This document shows, in pieces, positions 19,044 through 29,487 of a stretch of 64,000 bases of DNA. The DNA is from Dehalococcoidia bacterium (GTDB lineage Bacteria > Chloroflexota > Dehalococcoidia > Lucifugimonadales > G963668185), in contig OY764162.1 of assembly GCA_963668185.1 (NCBI GenBank), positions 530,800 through 594,799 of the forward strand, written 5' to 3'. The first letter of the stretch is position 1; each line of letters starts with the position of its first letter. A program made the position numbers and the translations under genes. The notes below the pieces were generated by a model. The model searched no databases, had not been told where the DNA came from, and saw only the letters and a list, made by a program, of their open reading frames with translations.

Positions 19044-20176
19044 CTGAACTCGTTCAGATAGATGTGAGACAGGGGGAGTTGTAAGGGAAAGAGAAAGGGA
19101 CCATCCTTTGGGTGAGACAAACCAAGGAGGTCCCTGTATGCGGGTAGTAGGTCTACCCAAGCCATTCTACCAGCTTGCCAAGGCTACACTGACAGACCTG
19201 CCTGCCGAAGCGCAGGAGCGATTGCGCATGGTGAACTGCTGGCAGGCGCTGAGACGGCGGGGACTGTCCGGCTCCGAAGCGGCTGAAGCATTGGGCATGG
19301 CCCGCTCGACGCTGTACAGGTGGGACAGGGCGCTGAGGGAAGAGGGACCGGCCGGCCTGTGTGCCAAGAGCCGTCGTCCTCACAGGGTACGCGGTCCTAC
19401 GTGGAGCGTGGAGTTGGCCGAGGCGGTGATGGAGATGAGGGAGCGGTATCCATGCTGGGGCAAGGACAAGTTGGTGGTGATGCTGAGGCGAGAGGGCTGG
19501 CAGGTGTCCACTTCGATGGTGGGCCGCATCCTGGCCAGTCTGAAGGTTCGCGGCGTACTCAAGGAACCTCCGCGACAGGGTGTAGCGGCGCGTAAGCGCG
19601 CCCGTGCCCGTCCCTATGCGGTGCGCAAGCCCAGGGAGTACCAGGCCGTCAATCCGGGCGACATAGTGCAGGTGGACACGCTGGATGTCCGCCCCCTTCC
19701 GGGTATGGTGCTCAAGCACTTCACTGCGAGGGATGTGGTGTCGCGGTGGGACGTGATCGAGGTACACACGCGAGCCACGTCGACGTTGGCGGCGCGGTTC
19801 CTGGACTCAATGCGTCGGCGCTTTCCGTTTCCGATCAAGGCGGTGCAGGTCGATGGGGGTTCTGAGTTCATGGCTGAGTTCGAGGCAGCGTGCCGGGACT
19901 ACGGGATCAGACTGTTTGTGTTGCCGCCGCGATCCCCGAAGCTCAATGGCCACGTAGAGAGGGCGCAGCGTACCCACACTGAGGAGTTCTACGAACTGTA
20001 TGACGGCGACCTCGAGATGGCGCCACTCAACAGAGCGCTTCTGGAATGGGAGCGCCTATACGACACTGTCCGCCCACACCACTCACTGGACGGGCGCACT
20101 CCGGCCGAGTATCTTCAGCATCACCACCCGGACATGGTCTCGCCAAAACTGTCCCATATGTACTGAACGAGTACAG
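19044..20176 (+). mobile_element. IS481-family insertion sequence (about 1.13 kb)
   Basis: A single DDE (rve) transposase ORF is flanked by imperfect terminal inverted repeats. These are 19044-19072 CTGAACTCGTTCAGATAGATGTGAGACAG and the reverse complement of 20149-20176, CTGTACTCGTTCAGTACATATGGGACAG (24 of 28 matches with one gap). The right repeat contains the transposase stop codon. Confidence 0.7.
19138..20166 (+). CDS. IS481-family transposase (HTH + integrase core DDE domain)
   Basis: ATG 19138 follows AAGGAGG. The translation has an N-terminal HTH (ARSTLYRW) and a DDE core (VQVDTLDV, DGGSEF, NGHVERAQRT). Confidence 0.85.
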   Translation: MRVVGLPKPFYQLAKATLTDLPAEAQERLRMVNCWQALRRRGLSGSEAAEALGMARSTLYRWDRALREEGPAGLCAKSRRPHRVRGPTWSVELAEAVMEMRERYPCWGKDKLVVMLRREGWQVSTSMVGRILASLKVRGVLKEPPRQGVAARKRARARPYAVRKPREYQAVNPGDIVQVDTLDVRPLPGMVLKHFTARDVVSRWDVIEVHTRATSTLAARFLDSMRRRFPFPIKAVQVDGGSEFMAEFEAACRDYGIRLFVLPPRSPKLNGHVERAQRTHTEEFYELYDGDLEMAPLNRALLEWERLYDTVRPHHSLDGRTPAEYLQHHHPDMVSPKLSHMY

Positions 20177-20302
20177 TCCCTTCCCCTTCGCGCGGACGGG
20201 CGTTAGGATTGCCGCGCGCGTCAGGACAACGCCCTCGGAAGGCCCATCTAATCGCAGGACGCGGCACGTATAAGTTCACGACAAGCTATCTAAGCTTCAA
20301 AG

Positions 20303-21136
20303 GTGATGTTCACATTGAGATCAGGAAGACAGTTGCGAAGGTTGCGCCCCTACACCGGCCTCGGCGTCTTGAGGGCCGCCTTGCTCGCCGCGTTTGCGGC
20401 AGCCGTTGCGGTCGCCGCGGCGTCTTGCGGAGGTGGCGGGCCGGAGTCGGCGCCAGCACAGATGCCGACCGCAACCGAGGAGGCGGAGGCGCTGCCGACG
20501 CCCGAACCTACGCCGCCGGCGTTCGTTGGCGACCTTGAGGCTATCTGGGCGGAGGACTTCGAGCGGTACCCTGACGGCGAATTCCCGCGAGAGGGACACT
20601 GGCAGCGCTGGAAGAGCGGGGGAGTGCATCAGATAACCTCGCGGCACAGCGTGGGCGGCGCCAAGTCATACCAATTGGGAAAGTTCGCCCAGACCGCGAA
20701 GACCGTTCCGCAGGGAATGTCTCAAGTGACGTACACAGCCAAGTTCATGGTCCCCTCGGTCGACGAGTCCAGCCCTACGCTTGCCGTCATGATCGGTCTT
20801 GGGTGGAAGATGCGCGACGGCAATGTCCCGCACGCCAGCGCCTGCGGGGTCTGGGCCGGCGGGCAGCTTACGTGCGGCGGGCAGTTCCTGGGCCTGGCTG
20901 AGGCAGGAAAGTGGTACGAGATTCACGCCGTCGCCGATCTTGGGGCCGGGAGCGCGCGGTACTGGCTCGATGGCACGGAGTACGGCGAGTTTCCGCTCGA
21001 GACCTCATTCGGCATACCTATCGACAACGTTTCCCACCTGCTCGTGCTGACGGGGCCGCGCGAGATCGAGGCGTACGTCGACGATGTGGCGGTGTTCAGG
21101 GGCGATGTCGGCCCGCTGAGCGCCTCTCAGCCTTGA
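20303..21136 (+). CDS. Hypothetical lipoprotein
   Basis: A signal peptide with lipobox (VAAASCGGG) is followed by a Pro/Thr/Glu linker and a beta-rich body. I recognise no family. Confidence 0.5.
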   Translation: MMFTLRSGRQLRRLRPYTGLGVLRAALLAAFAAAVAVAAASCGGGGPESAPAQMPTATEEAEALPTPEPTPPAFVGDLEAIWAEDFERYPDGEFPREGHWQRWKSGGVHQITSRHSVGGAKSYQLGKFAQTAKTVPQGMSQVTYTAKFMVPSVDESSPTLAVMIGLGWKMRDGNVPHASACGVWAGGQLTCGGQFLGLAEAGKWYEIHAVADLGAGSARYWLDGTEYGEFPLETSFGIPIDNVSHLLVLTGPREIEAYVDDVAVFRGDVGPLSASQP

Positions 21137-21163
21137 GCCGCGGACCGGCAGAGCGAGCCTGGC

Positions 21164-21832
21164 ATGATCCACCGTGACTTTCGCTGCGATCTGTTCGTGT
21201 TCCGGCACGGTGAGTCGCAGTCCAACGTCGAGCTCGGGTGGATGGGCGCGACTGACCGGGACTCGCCGCTGACGGAGGCCGGCGTGCGGCAGTCGAAGAC
21301 CCTGGGCCGGTGGCTGGGAGCGGAAGGCGTGCGCTTCGATCGCATGTACAGCTCGACGTTTCCTCGCACGGTGCGCACGGCCAAGCTGGTGCTGGAGGCG
21401 ATGGGGCAGGCGGGCCTGCCGGTGACGCCTGTTGAGGCGCTCGTCGAAAGGGAGACGCCGTCGTGGAGGGGGATGGGCAGCGAGGAGGCGCTGACCGACG
21501 AGGCGCTGGCCTACATGCACACGAAAGGCGCCGACTTCGTGCCGGTGGGAGGAGAGTCTCACCGGATGGCGCGAAGACGAATATCGGCGTGGCTGGAGGA
21601 CGAGCTTATCTACAACGAAGAACTGACCGGCGAACCCGTGGAGTTGACGATCGGCGTATCGACTCACGGGGACACGATCAACAGCTTGCTTCACTACGTG
21701 CTGGGGATGGACGAGCGCTTTCTCTCGCACTGCGAGCCGGCGAACTGCTCGGTTACGAGACTGGCGTTCGACAGCGGCGGATGGGCCGTGCTGTCGGTCA
21801 ACGACGCCGGCCACCTGTCGACGGGCGTCTGA
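21164..21832 (+). CDS. Histidine phosphatase (phosphoglycerate mutase) family protein
   Basis: An RHG catalytic motif (VFRHGESQSN) lies near the N-terminus, and a later H in STHGDTI. Confidence 0.8.
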   Translation: MIHRDFRCDLFVFRHGESQSNVELGWMGATDRDSPLTEAGVRQSKTLGRWLGAEGVRFDRMYSSTFPRTVRTAKLVLEAMGQAGLPVTPVEALVERETPSWRGMGSEEALTDEALAYMHTKGADFVPVGGESHRMARRRISAWLEDELIYNEELTGEPVELTIGVSTHGDTINSLLHYVLGMDERFLSHCEPANCSVTRLAFDSGGWAVLSVNDAGHLSTGV

Positions 21833-21850
21833 GGGTGCGCCCTCATCGCG

Positions 21851-22777
21851 CTAGCGTCCTTCGCGGGCGCGGCGGATGGCGCTGGACACGAATTCGACGT
21901 AGTCGGTTTCCGCCCGGTCGTCTGTGGCGCTTTGGTCGCCCATCTCGCGGGACGCCGGGATCCAAAGCGCCGGGTCGGGCAGGGGACGGGTTGCGCATGC
22001 CACCTCCCAGAAGCCGAGGTTGCGCACCGGGCCGGACGAGGCCTCGTAGTATTGCAGGAAGGGCTCGGCGGCCTCTCTGATGCCTCTCAGGTGCATGTTC
22101 ATGCGGAAGTAGCCGACGTCGAGGGCAGGGTCGCCGTATGCCGCCGCGTCCCAGTCGAGCACTGCCGACACGCGGCCATCGAGCCACAGGACGTTGCCGG
22201 GCCAGTAGTCCATGTGAAGCAGCACGGGCGGGCCGGTGCGGATTTCGGGCCGCATTTCCTCGACCACGTTGTACATGGTCTCGGTGAGGGGGTGCCCGGC
22301 CTTGATTCCTGGCCAGTCGCCGCCTAGAAAGTACAGTCCCATGCCCCAGCCGTCGTAGATGCGGCGGCGCTCCTCGGCATCCGGGCGTACGTCGTGGACG
22401 CGCAGCAGGAGGCGGGCGAGGTCTTCGGCCCACTTGCGCGGGTCTTCGGGCGCCGCTATCTGCTTGCCTTCGACGAAGGTCGTGACGATGCCCGGCACAC
22501 CGAGAAGGCTGCCGGTTTCATCGAGCAGTACGGGCTCAGGCGCGGGAATGCCGTGCTTGCTGGCGATCCGCAGGCCGTGGTACTCGGCGATCGCGCGCTC
22601 GGGGTCCGGGTCGTCCGTCAGGCGTTTGACGACGAACTTGACGGCGTGACCCCGGGGAGACTGGGCGCCGAGTACGTGGACGGCGTTGGTGAAGGCGGCC
22701 CTCGCATTCGTGACGGAGACCAGTTTGGGACGAGGGGCGATCTCTTCCAGGATCCTGCGGGCCAGTTCGGAATCCAA
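21851..22777 (-). CDS. Aminoglycoside/choline-kinase-like phosphotransferase (APH family)
   Basis: LLHMDYWPGNVLW (HxDxxxxN catalytic loop) and VLDWDAAAYGDP (DxD) are present. Confidence 0.8.
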   Translation of the reverse strand: MDSELARRILEEIAPRPKLVSVTNARAAFTNAVHVLGAQSPRGHAVKFVVKRLTDDPDPERAIAEYHGLRIASKHGIPAPEPVLLDETGSLLGVPGIVTTFVEGKQIAAPEDPRKWAEDLARLLLRVHDVRPDAEERRRIYDGWGMGLYFLGGDWPGIKAGHPLTETMYNVVEEMRPEIRTGPPVLLHMDYWPGNVLWLDGRVSAVLDWDAAAYGDPALDVGYFRMNMHLRGIREAAEPFLQYYEASSGPVRNLGFWEVACATRPLPDPALWIPASREMGDQSATDDRAETDYVEFVSSAIRRAREGR

Positions 22778-22854
22778 TCTTATGTTCGCTGCCGGATAGG
22801 CCGACGGCGGCCGGTCCTGGTCGAGGGGCGAGTCTATGTTCAGCAGATCGCGGC

Positions 22855-23616
22855 CTATGTCTTTGGGAAAGGGTCCGTTATCTCGGCGGAGTAGTCCCTG
22901 GAGCGATTCGGCATCACGACGATGTCCGAAACCATGCTGCTATGCGGCGCAGAGACCGCGAGCACGATAGCGTCGGCCACGTCTTCGGAGGTCAGCATGG
23001 TCGCGCGCGCCTCATCGGACGGAACAACGGGCCTGTTTGCCATGATGGGCGTGTCAACCTCTCCCGGCGATACGGCGCAGGCGCGAACGCCGGTGTTTGC
23101 CAGTTCCTGGACAAGGTACTCAGTATAGTTCAGGATGCCTGCCTTAGCCGGGCCGTAGATTGGCCCGGAGAGCAGGCTCGCCCGCTTGCCGGCCACCGAG
23201 GCGACGTTCACGATGCTTCCGGAACCGGCTTCGACCATCGTTGGCAGGACCGCCTGAGTGAGGAACAGCGGGCCAATCAGGTTGACGCGGATGACGGCGT
23301 CGGCCTCTTCGGGCGTGAGCGTGAGCGTTGTCCTGTTGCGGCTGCTGAAGCCGGCGTTGTTGATTAGCACGTCGATTCTGCCGTGCTCTTCCAGGGTGGA
23401 GTCCACGATGCGCCGGATATCGTCCAGGTTCGTTACGTCCGCCGCAATCACGCTGGCAGCGCCGCCCGCGGCCTCGATGCGGTCACGCACGGCCTCCAGC
23501 TTCGACTCTGTGCGCCCGACGAGTACCGTAACCGCGCCCATTCCGGCGAGCTTGCCCGCTGTCGCCTCGCCGATGCCGCTTCCGGCTCCGGTCACTATGC
23601 AGACTTGTCCCTTCAA
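22855..23616 (-). CDS. Short-chain dehydrogenase/reductase (SDR)
   Basis: TGAGSGIGEA cofactor motif, NNAG, and the YGPAK catalytic YxxxK. Confidence 0.85.
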   Translation of the reverse strand: MKGQVCIVTGAGSGIGEATAGKLAGMGAVTVLVGRTESKLEAVRDRIEAAGGAASVIAADVTNLDDIRRIVDSTLEEHGRIDVLINNAGFSSRNRTTLTLTPEEADAVIRVNLIGPLFLTQAVLPTMVEAGSGSIVNVASVAGKRASLLSGPIYGPAKAGILNYTEYLVQELANTGVRACAVSPGEVDTPIMANRPVVPSDEARATMLTSEDVADAIVLAVSAPHSSMVSDIVVMPNRSRDYSAEITDPFPKT

Positions 23617-23667
23617 TGCGCGCCTCCTGTTAGTACTTTCAACTCGGTTATGTTGTGGGGTAACGCT

Positions 23668-25227
23668 TCAGTTGCCCTGCTTGATGAAATCGGCGACGCG
23701 CTCTCCCATTGCCATGACGTTGGCGTTCAGGTTCGCGCGGACGCAGTCGGGCATGATCGATGCGTCGACGACCCTCAGCCCCTCCATGCCGTGCACCTTG
23801 CCGTACTGGTCCACGACGGCCATCGGATCTGTCGATGGCCCCATCTTGCACGTGCCGGCTATGTGGTGCGCCGTCAGCGCCTCGCGCTTCAGCCACGCGT
23901 CCAGGGCATCGTCGGTGGCCAGGTCATCGTCGGTGGGGAGCATGCGGCTGTCGACTATGCCTTCGAAGGCGGAGTGGTTGAAAATCTCCTCCGCGAGCCT
24001 GATTCCCTCCCGGCATCGTTGGAGGTCGAACGGATCGTCCAGCAGGTTGTAGTCGAGGTGCGGCTGCTGGCGGGGATCTGTAGAGACCAGCCTGAGTTCG
24101 CCGACGCTCAACGCGAGGTTCAAGCAGAGGCAGATACCGACGCCAACCGGCCATTTCTCGTCCATGCCGCGCCCCGGCCACTCGGAGACGTAGTTGTTCA
24201 TGTACATGATCATGTCGTTGCGGAAGGGCGAGCCATTGGCGGTGTACCGTAGGGACACGGCCCCCGCGGGCGTGCGGCCGCCGTCGAGCGGGAAGTCGGG
24301 CTTCGTGCGCCAGCCGGCGTGCAGGTCCGGATGGTCGCGCAGGTTCTGGCCGACGCCCGGCAGGTCCTGGACGACCGGGATGCCGAGCGCGGCGAGCTGG
24401 TCCGCCGGGCCGATGCCGGACAGGCCGAGTATCTGCGGCGAGTTGACGGCGCCCGCGGCAACGATGACCTCGTGCGCATTGAGCGTGTAGAACTCGCCCT
24501 GGCTCACCGCGAGAACGCCCGTGGCGCGGTTGCCGTCGAACAGGATGCCGTGCACGAGGCAGTTGGGCCTGATGGTGAGTCCCAGCCGGTGACGGGCGAG
24601 GGGCAGGTACGACATCGCAGTACTGACTCGCTGGCGGTCAACGATGTTGAAGGTGAGCGGGCCGACTCCGGTCGAGTTCGGGTCGTTATGGTCCGGGCAG
24701 TCGAGGAAGCCGAGGTCACGGCAGGCCTGGTAGAAGGCGTGCTGCTGGTCGCCCCACACTTCGGGCGGGTACCGGCCCACGCTTACCGGGCCGTCGCCGC
24801 CGTGGAACTCTTTGGAGGAGTAGTCCCGGTCCGATTCGGACCTGTTGAAGTAGGGGAGCATGAGTTCGAACGCCCACTGGTCGTTGCCCCACTCGGCCCA
24901 ACGGTCGTAGTCTTCAGGCAGGCCGCGTAGGTACTGCGCCCCGTTTACCGCGCTGGAGCCGCCGGTGACCTTGCCCCGCGGCACGGCCATCGGGGGCGCC
25001 TCGTCCGTCGCGCGGGCGACGTAGTTCCAGAGGTGCTCGCTCTCCCAGATCTCGAAGCCGCCGTCTCCGCCGTACGCGTACCTCACCTCCTGGGGCAGCG
25101 TGTCGATCTCAGGGAAGTCCGAGCCTGCCTCCAGCAGCAAGACGGATCGGCCCGGGTCCTCGGACAGGCGGGTCGCCAGGACGCCGCCTGCGGAACCCGC
25201 GCCGACGATTATGTGGTCGTATATCAT
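23668..25227 (-). CDS. GMC family oxidoreductase (choline dehydrogenase-like)
   Basis: YDHIIVGAGSAGGVLATRLSED...LLLEAG N-terminal FAD motif, 519 aa, and a C-terminal GMC signature region (HIAGTCKMG). Confidence 0.85.
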   Translation of the reverse strand: MIYDHIIVGAGSAGGVLATRLSEDPGRSVLLLEAGSDFPEIDTLPQEVRYAYGGDGGFEIWESEHLWNYVARATDEAPPMAVPRGKVTGGSSAVNGAQYLRGLPEDYDRWAEWGNDQWAFELMLPYFNRSESDRDYSSKEFHGGDGPVSVGRYPPEVWGDQQHAFYQACRDLGFLDCPDHNDPNSTGVGPLTFNIVDRQRVSTAMSYLPLARHRLGLTIRPNCLVHGILFDGNRATGVLAVSQGEFYTLNAHEVIVAAGAVNSPQILGLSGIGPADQLAALGIPVVQDLPGVGQNLRDHPDLHAGWRTKPDFPLDGGRTPAGAVSLRYTANGSPFRNDMIMYMNNYVSEWPGRGMDEKWPVGVGICLCLNLALSVGELRLVSTDPRQQPHLDYNLLDDPFDLQRCREGIRLAEEIFNHSAFEGIVDSRMLPTDDDLATDDALDAWLKREALTAHHIAGTCKMGPSTDPMAVVDQYGKVHGMEGLRVVDASIMPDCVRANLNANVMAMGERVADFIKQGN

Positions 25228-25281
25228 GCGTAACCGTCCTCCGGTGCTTGTGCCCCACGAACGCTTCGGCTGAGCCGGCTG

Positions 25282-26847
25282 CTAGTGGTGTTGCTCCACC
25301 AGCACGCGGCGAAGGATCTTGCCTGAGGGGTTCTTGGGTATCGCGTCCACGAACTGCACCTCGCGGACGTGCTTGAAGGTGGCGACTCTGCCGGCCACGA
25401 AGGACATTATGTCTTCGTCGCTGGTCTCCGCCCCGGGCTTCACCACGACGAACGCCTTCGGCACCTCGCCCGCTTCCTCGTCGGGCTTGGGCACCACGGC
25501 GGCGTCGGCAACGGCTGGGTGCTCCAGCAGAAGGCCCTCCAGTTCGGCGGGCGGCACCTGGAAGCCCTTGTACTTGATGAGTTCCTTCTTTCGGTCCAGC
25601 ACGAACACGTAGCCGTCCTCGTCCATGCGGACGATGTCGCCGGTGTGGAGCCAGCCGTCCTCTGTGATCGTCTCGGCGGTGGCTTCGGGGTTGTTGAAGT
25701 AGCCCTTCATCACCTGCGGGCCTCTCACCAGCAACTCGCCGATCTCGTTCGGCCCAAGCTCGACCGTGCCAGTCTCCACGTCCACGACCTTCTCTTCCAT
25801 GTCAGGGCCGGCCGGGCCTATCGAGCCGGGCCTCATCAAGTGAGGCTCCACATAGTCTGAGTTGCAGTAGGGCGAGGTCTCGGTCAGGCCGTAGCCCTGG
25901 AGCACGGGAAAGCCCAGGATGCTCGATACGCGCTGCTGGAGTTCGGCGGAAAGGGGGGCCGCGCCGGAGAAACCGTAGCGGATCGATGACAGATCGTAGT
26001 CCTTTGCGGCAGGGTACTGCGTGAGGCCCAGCATTACCGGGGGCACGGTGTAGAGGATCGTGACGCGGTGCTCCGAAAGGAGCGTCAGAAACTCCTCCAT
26101 GTCGAAACGGCCCATCATGACCTGCGCGGCCCCAACGGCGAGGGAGGCGTTCATCAGGATGTTCATGCCGTAGATGTGGAACAGCGGAAGGTGAACGAGG
26201 ATGACGTCCCGGTCGGTAGGCGTGGACGCCTCCTTGCGCTTGACCATCTGCTGCACGTTGGAGGTCAGGTTGAAGTGGGTCAGCATCACGCCCTTGGTGA
26301 GGCCCGTCGTGCCGCTGGAGTAGGGAAGGGCGGCAAGATCGTTCTCCGGGTCTATGTCCACTTCCGGCGGCGTGGGCGAAGCGCCGTTCACCAGGCCCCA
26401 GAAGGTGTCCGGGCCTTCGTCGCCGCCGCCGATGATGATGGTACGGGACAGCCTCGGAACGTTTGGGCGCGCCTTCTCCAGCGTCCCCAGCAGGGCCTCG
26501 TGGACTATCAGGATCTCGGCTCCCGAGTCGTTTAGCTGGTGCGCGATCTCGCGCTCCCGATAGCCGGAGTTCAGCGTGGATACGACCGCCCCGGCCTTGA
26601 CGATGCCGTAGAACGCGATCACGAACTCGGCGCAGTTCGGCGCAAGGATACCGACCCTGTCGCCCTTGGAGGCCCCGATCGAGGCCAGGCCGGACGCCAG
26701 CCTGTCGCTGTACTCGTCCAGCTGGTTGAACGAGAACGTCCGCTCGCCGTCGATCACGGCAACCTTGTCTCCGAACTTCGCGGCGGTGTCGCTGAGCAGA
26801 GTCTGTAGTGAAATCTTTTCCAAAGGCGCTACGGATGGTCGGCGCAC
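25282..26847 (-). CDS. AMP-dependent acyl-CoA synthetase/ligase
   Basis: AMP-binding motif YSSGTTGLTKGV, plus GWLHTGD and the C-terminal PKNPSGKILRR. Confidence 0.85.
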   Translation of the reverse strand: MRRPSVAPLEKISLQTLLSDTAAKFGDKVAVIDGERTFSFNQLDEYSDRLASGLASIGASKGDRVGILAPNCAEFVIAFYGIVKAGAVVSTLNSGYREREIAHQLNDSGAEILIVHEALLGTLEKARPNVPRLSRTIIIGGGDEGPDTFWGLVNGASPTPPEVDIDPENDLAALPYSSGTTGLTKGVMLTHFNLTSNVQQMVKRKEASTPTDRDVILVHLPLFHIYGMNILMNASLAVGAAQVMMGRFDMEEFLTLLSEHRVTILYTVPPVMLGLTQYPAAKDYDLSSIRYGFSGAAPLSAELQQRVSSILGFPVLQGYGLTETSPYCNSDYVEPHLMRPGSIGPAGPDMEEKVVDVETGTVELGPNEIGELLVRGPQVMKGYFNNPEATAETITEDGWLHTGDIVRMDEDGYVFVLDRKKELIKYKGFQVPPAELEGLLLEHPAVADAAVVPKPDEEAGEVPKAFVVVKPGAETSDEDIMSFVAGRVATFKHVREVQFVDAIPKNPSGKILRRVLVEQHH

Positions 26848-26874
26848 TTGGTGGACCTCCTTGGTGGTATGCGG

Positions 26875-28551
26875 CTACCCGGCCGGTATGACCGGCAGCG
26901 TAATGTGCGACGGGTACGCGCGCGAGTGGTGCACGGTCTGGTTTGCCGTGCGCATCTCCGCGTCCATGCCGAACGCGTTGCCCGTGTTCAGGTTGCGGTC
27001 GAAGTGCGGGAAGTTGGAGGAGGAGATCTCCAGCCGCACCATGTGGCCCTTCCTGAAGACGTTCGAGGTGGGCGTCAACTCGATCTCGTACTCGTACGCG
27101 CGATTGGGCTCCAGCAGGGTCGGGGCCGTCATGCTCTCCCGGTACCGCGCCCTGCGGATGCCGTCGCACAGGTTCATCGCGTAGCCGCTCGGCGAGACGT
27201 CGACCAGCTTGGCCGTCCAGTCCGTGTCCCGGCAGTCCGTGGTCGCGTACAGCGTCACGATGATCGGCCCGGTCACCTCCATGTCCTCTTCCATCGGCGC
27301 GCTCGTGTAGCAGAGCACGTCGTTACGCATCTCGATAGGGCGCTGGTCGTACGGCCCCCACGGGACGATGTCCGGCGAGCAGCAGGTGTTGCCGCCGAGC
27401 GTTGGCACGGGGAACATGGGGTCGTACGCGAAGCGGTCGTCCGGCTCGTCGCCGGGCGCGTCCGTCGAAAGTGCGCCGTCTCCGCGCACGGTGTTGGCGT
27501 TGCCGCCGGAGTGCAGGTGCCAGCGCTGCCAGTTGGTCCGGGCGAGCGGCCACTCGGACTCGTCCCGCCACTGGTTGACGCCCATGACGAACAGCTTGAT
27601 GGGCGGATCGTCCAGCACACCGTTCTCCCTGCCCCTCAGCCAGTAATCGAACCACTTCATCTCGTACAGTTCCAGGTCGTACATGGAGCCTGCGCCGAAG
27701 TCGACGTCGCCGGTCTTGCGCGACGCGCTGAGGCCGTGCGGCCACGCGCCCACGATGAGGCGGCTCTGCTTGGTGGCGGGCGCGCCCTCGCTGTTGATTA
27801 GGCCGGTGTAGTTGCGGAACGTCTGGTTGCTGAACACGTCGTACCAGCCGCCCATGACCAGGGCGGGAACTTGGAAGTTATCGAACCGCCGTTCCACGTT
27901 CGTCTGGTCCCAGTACTCGTCGTCGGTGGGGTGCCGCACCCAGTCCTTCCAGAAGTCGATCTCGTACCCGGAGATCTCGTCCATGTCGATCAGGGGAAGT
28001 ATGCGGAACGCCTCGGTCCAGTTCTCGTATGAGATCGTCTGCCGCGTGCGCCCGCTGGTGCTCATGCCCCAGGTGATGAGCAAGTGCAGGTTGAAGGCGC
28101 CGCCGTAGTAGAGGGCGTGGTAGAAGTCGCACTGGATCACGCGCGGCGCGATGCACGTCAGGTACTCGCTTGCGTACTGCGCGCTCTGCCACTGGACGTG
28201 GCCGAGGTAAGACGAGCCGGACATGCCGATCTTGCCGTCGCTCCACTCCTGCCTGCCGATCCACTCCTGCGTGTCGTAGCCGTCCTTGCCTTCGTTGACC
28301 AGCGCGTACCACCTGCCGTCCGAGTCCCACCGGCCGCGGACGTCCTGCGCCACGCACGCGTAGCCGTTCGAGGCGAGGCGTCTCGCCTTCTCGACGGTGC
28401 GTTCCTGCGTGTTGTCGTAGGGCGTCCTGATCAGGACCGTGGGGAACGTCCCGTATGTGTCCGGCAGGTAGATGTCTGAGGACAGATTGACTCCGTCCCG
28501 CATCGGGGTCTTGACGTCGGTCAGTGTCTTCACCCGGTAGTTGTTCGCCAT
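26875..28551 (-). CDS. CocE/NonD family hydrolase (S15 X-Pro dipeptidyl-peptidase fold)
   Basis: MRDGVNLSSDIYLP and RTPY at the N-terminus, GMSGSSYLG nucleophile elbow, 558 aa with a C-terminal beta-sandwich. Confidence 0.8.
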   Translation of the reverse strand: MANNYRVKTLTDVKTPMRDGVNLSSDIYLPDTYGTFPTVLIRTPYDNTQERTVEKARRLASNGYACVAQDVRGRWDSDGRWYALVNEGKDGYDTQEWIGRQEWSDGKIGMSGSSYLGHVQWQSAQYASEYLTCIAPRVIQCDFYHALYYGGAFNLHLLITWGMSTSGRTRQTISYENWTEAFRILPLIDMDEISGYEIDFWKDWVRHPTDDEYWDQTNVERRFDNFQVPALVMGGWYDVFSNQTFRNYTGLINSEGAPATKQSRLIVGAWPHGLSASRKTGDVDFGAGSMYDLELYEMKWFDYWLRGRENGVLDDPPIKLFVMGVNQWRDESEWPLARTNWQRWHLHSGGNANTVRGDGALSTDAPGDEPDDRFAYDPMFPVPTLGGNTCCSPDIVPWGPYDQRPIEMRNDVLCYTSAPMEEDMEVTGPIIVTLYATTDCRDTDWTAKLVDVSPSGYAMNLCDGIRRARYRESMTAPTLLEPNRAYEYEIELTPTSNVFRKGHMVRLEISSSNFPHFDRNLNTGNAFGMDAEMRTANQTVHHSRAYPSHITLPVIPAG

Positions 28552-28631
28552 TACGGAAACTCCTCTATTGTGTTAGGCAGTCCGTTCTGTGGTCTTAGGC
28601 ATGCATGACGCGCGGCCGGCGGCCCGCTCCG

Positions 28632-29396
28632 CTAGGACGCCCTCTCCTCGGCGCTGTCCTGCGGCACGAAGCCGAGCGCGTCGCGCGAAGGGCCCAGGTC
28701 GCGGTAACCCCACCTGTTGTTCGACGTCGCGAAGTAGACGCCGTACTTGAGGTCCGGCGGCGCCTCGATGCACCTGTGCAGCATATCCGTGATGTCCCGG
28801 TGGCTCAGGTACACAGACATGGCCCGGGGCCCCTCCGGGCGGTTCGCGGGCGTAACGAGGCCGATGCGCACGCAGATGACGGAAAGGCCGTGGTCGTCCG
28901 AGAACACGCGGCCGACCGCCTCGCCCCAGACCTTGGCGGCGCCGTAGAGTGACTGCGGACGCACCTGCTCGCCCGTGACGAGCGGGATCTCTTCCGGCAC
29001 GTCCTCGTACCGGCCCTCCGAGATCGCCTTGTACGGCTCCACGAGGTCGAAGCCGCGTATGGCGTTGCCGCTGCTCGCGAAGACGACGCGGCCCACGCCG
29101 GCCCTCCGCGCGGCCTCGTACACGTTGTACACGCCGACCAGGTTCGCCGAAAGCTGGCTTTCCCAGTCGTTCGCGTCCAGGCTGGCGGCCAGGTGTACGA
29201 CCACGTCGATGCCCCGGAACGCCGGCTGTATGGCGTCCAGGTCGGCGATGTCCGCCTCGTGGACCTCGACGCCCTCGACGGGCCGCCGGTTCAGCGCACT
29301 GAGCCGGTAGCCGCCCGCCCCCTCGAGGTGGTCCCTGAGAAGGCCGCCAATGAGGCCGCTCATGCCGGTTATGAGAACTCGCTTCATGGTGTTCAA
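28632..29396 (-). CDS. NAD(P)-dependent epimerase/dehydratase family oxidoreductase
   Basis: VLITGMSGLIGG Rossmann motif and YGAAK catalytic YxxxK. Confidence 0.8.
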   Translation of the reverse strand: MNTMKRVLITGMSGLIGGLLRDHLEGAGGYRLSALNRRPVEGVEVHEADIADLDAIQPAFRGIDVVVHLAASLDANDWESQLSANLVGVYNVYEAARRAGVGRVVFASSGNAIRGFDLVEPYKAISEGRYEDVPEEIPLVTGEQVRPQSLYGAAKVWGEAVGRVFSDDHGLSVICVRIGLVTPANRPEGPRAMSVYLSHRDITDMLHRCIEAPPDLKYGVYFATSNNRWGYRDLGPSRDALGFVPQDSAEERAS

Positions 29397-29487
29397 CCTC
29401 TCATCGCGTCGCTTACCCGCACGAAGGAACCCGTCTTGCGCAACCTACGGCTGGTCATGATCGAGCCAAGCCGCCGAGGCTGCGCGG

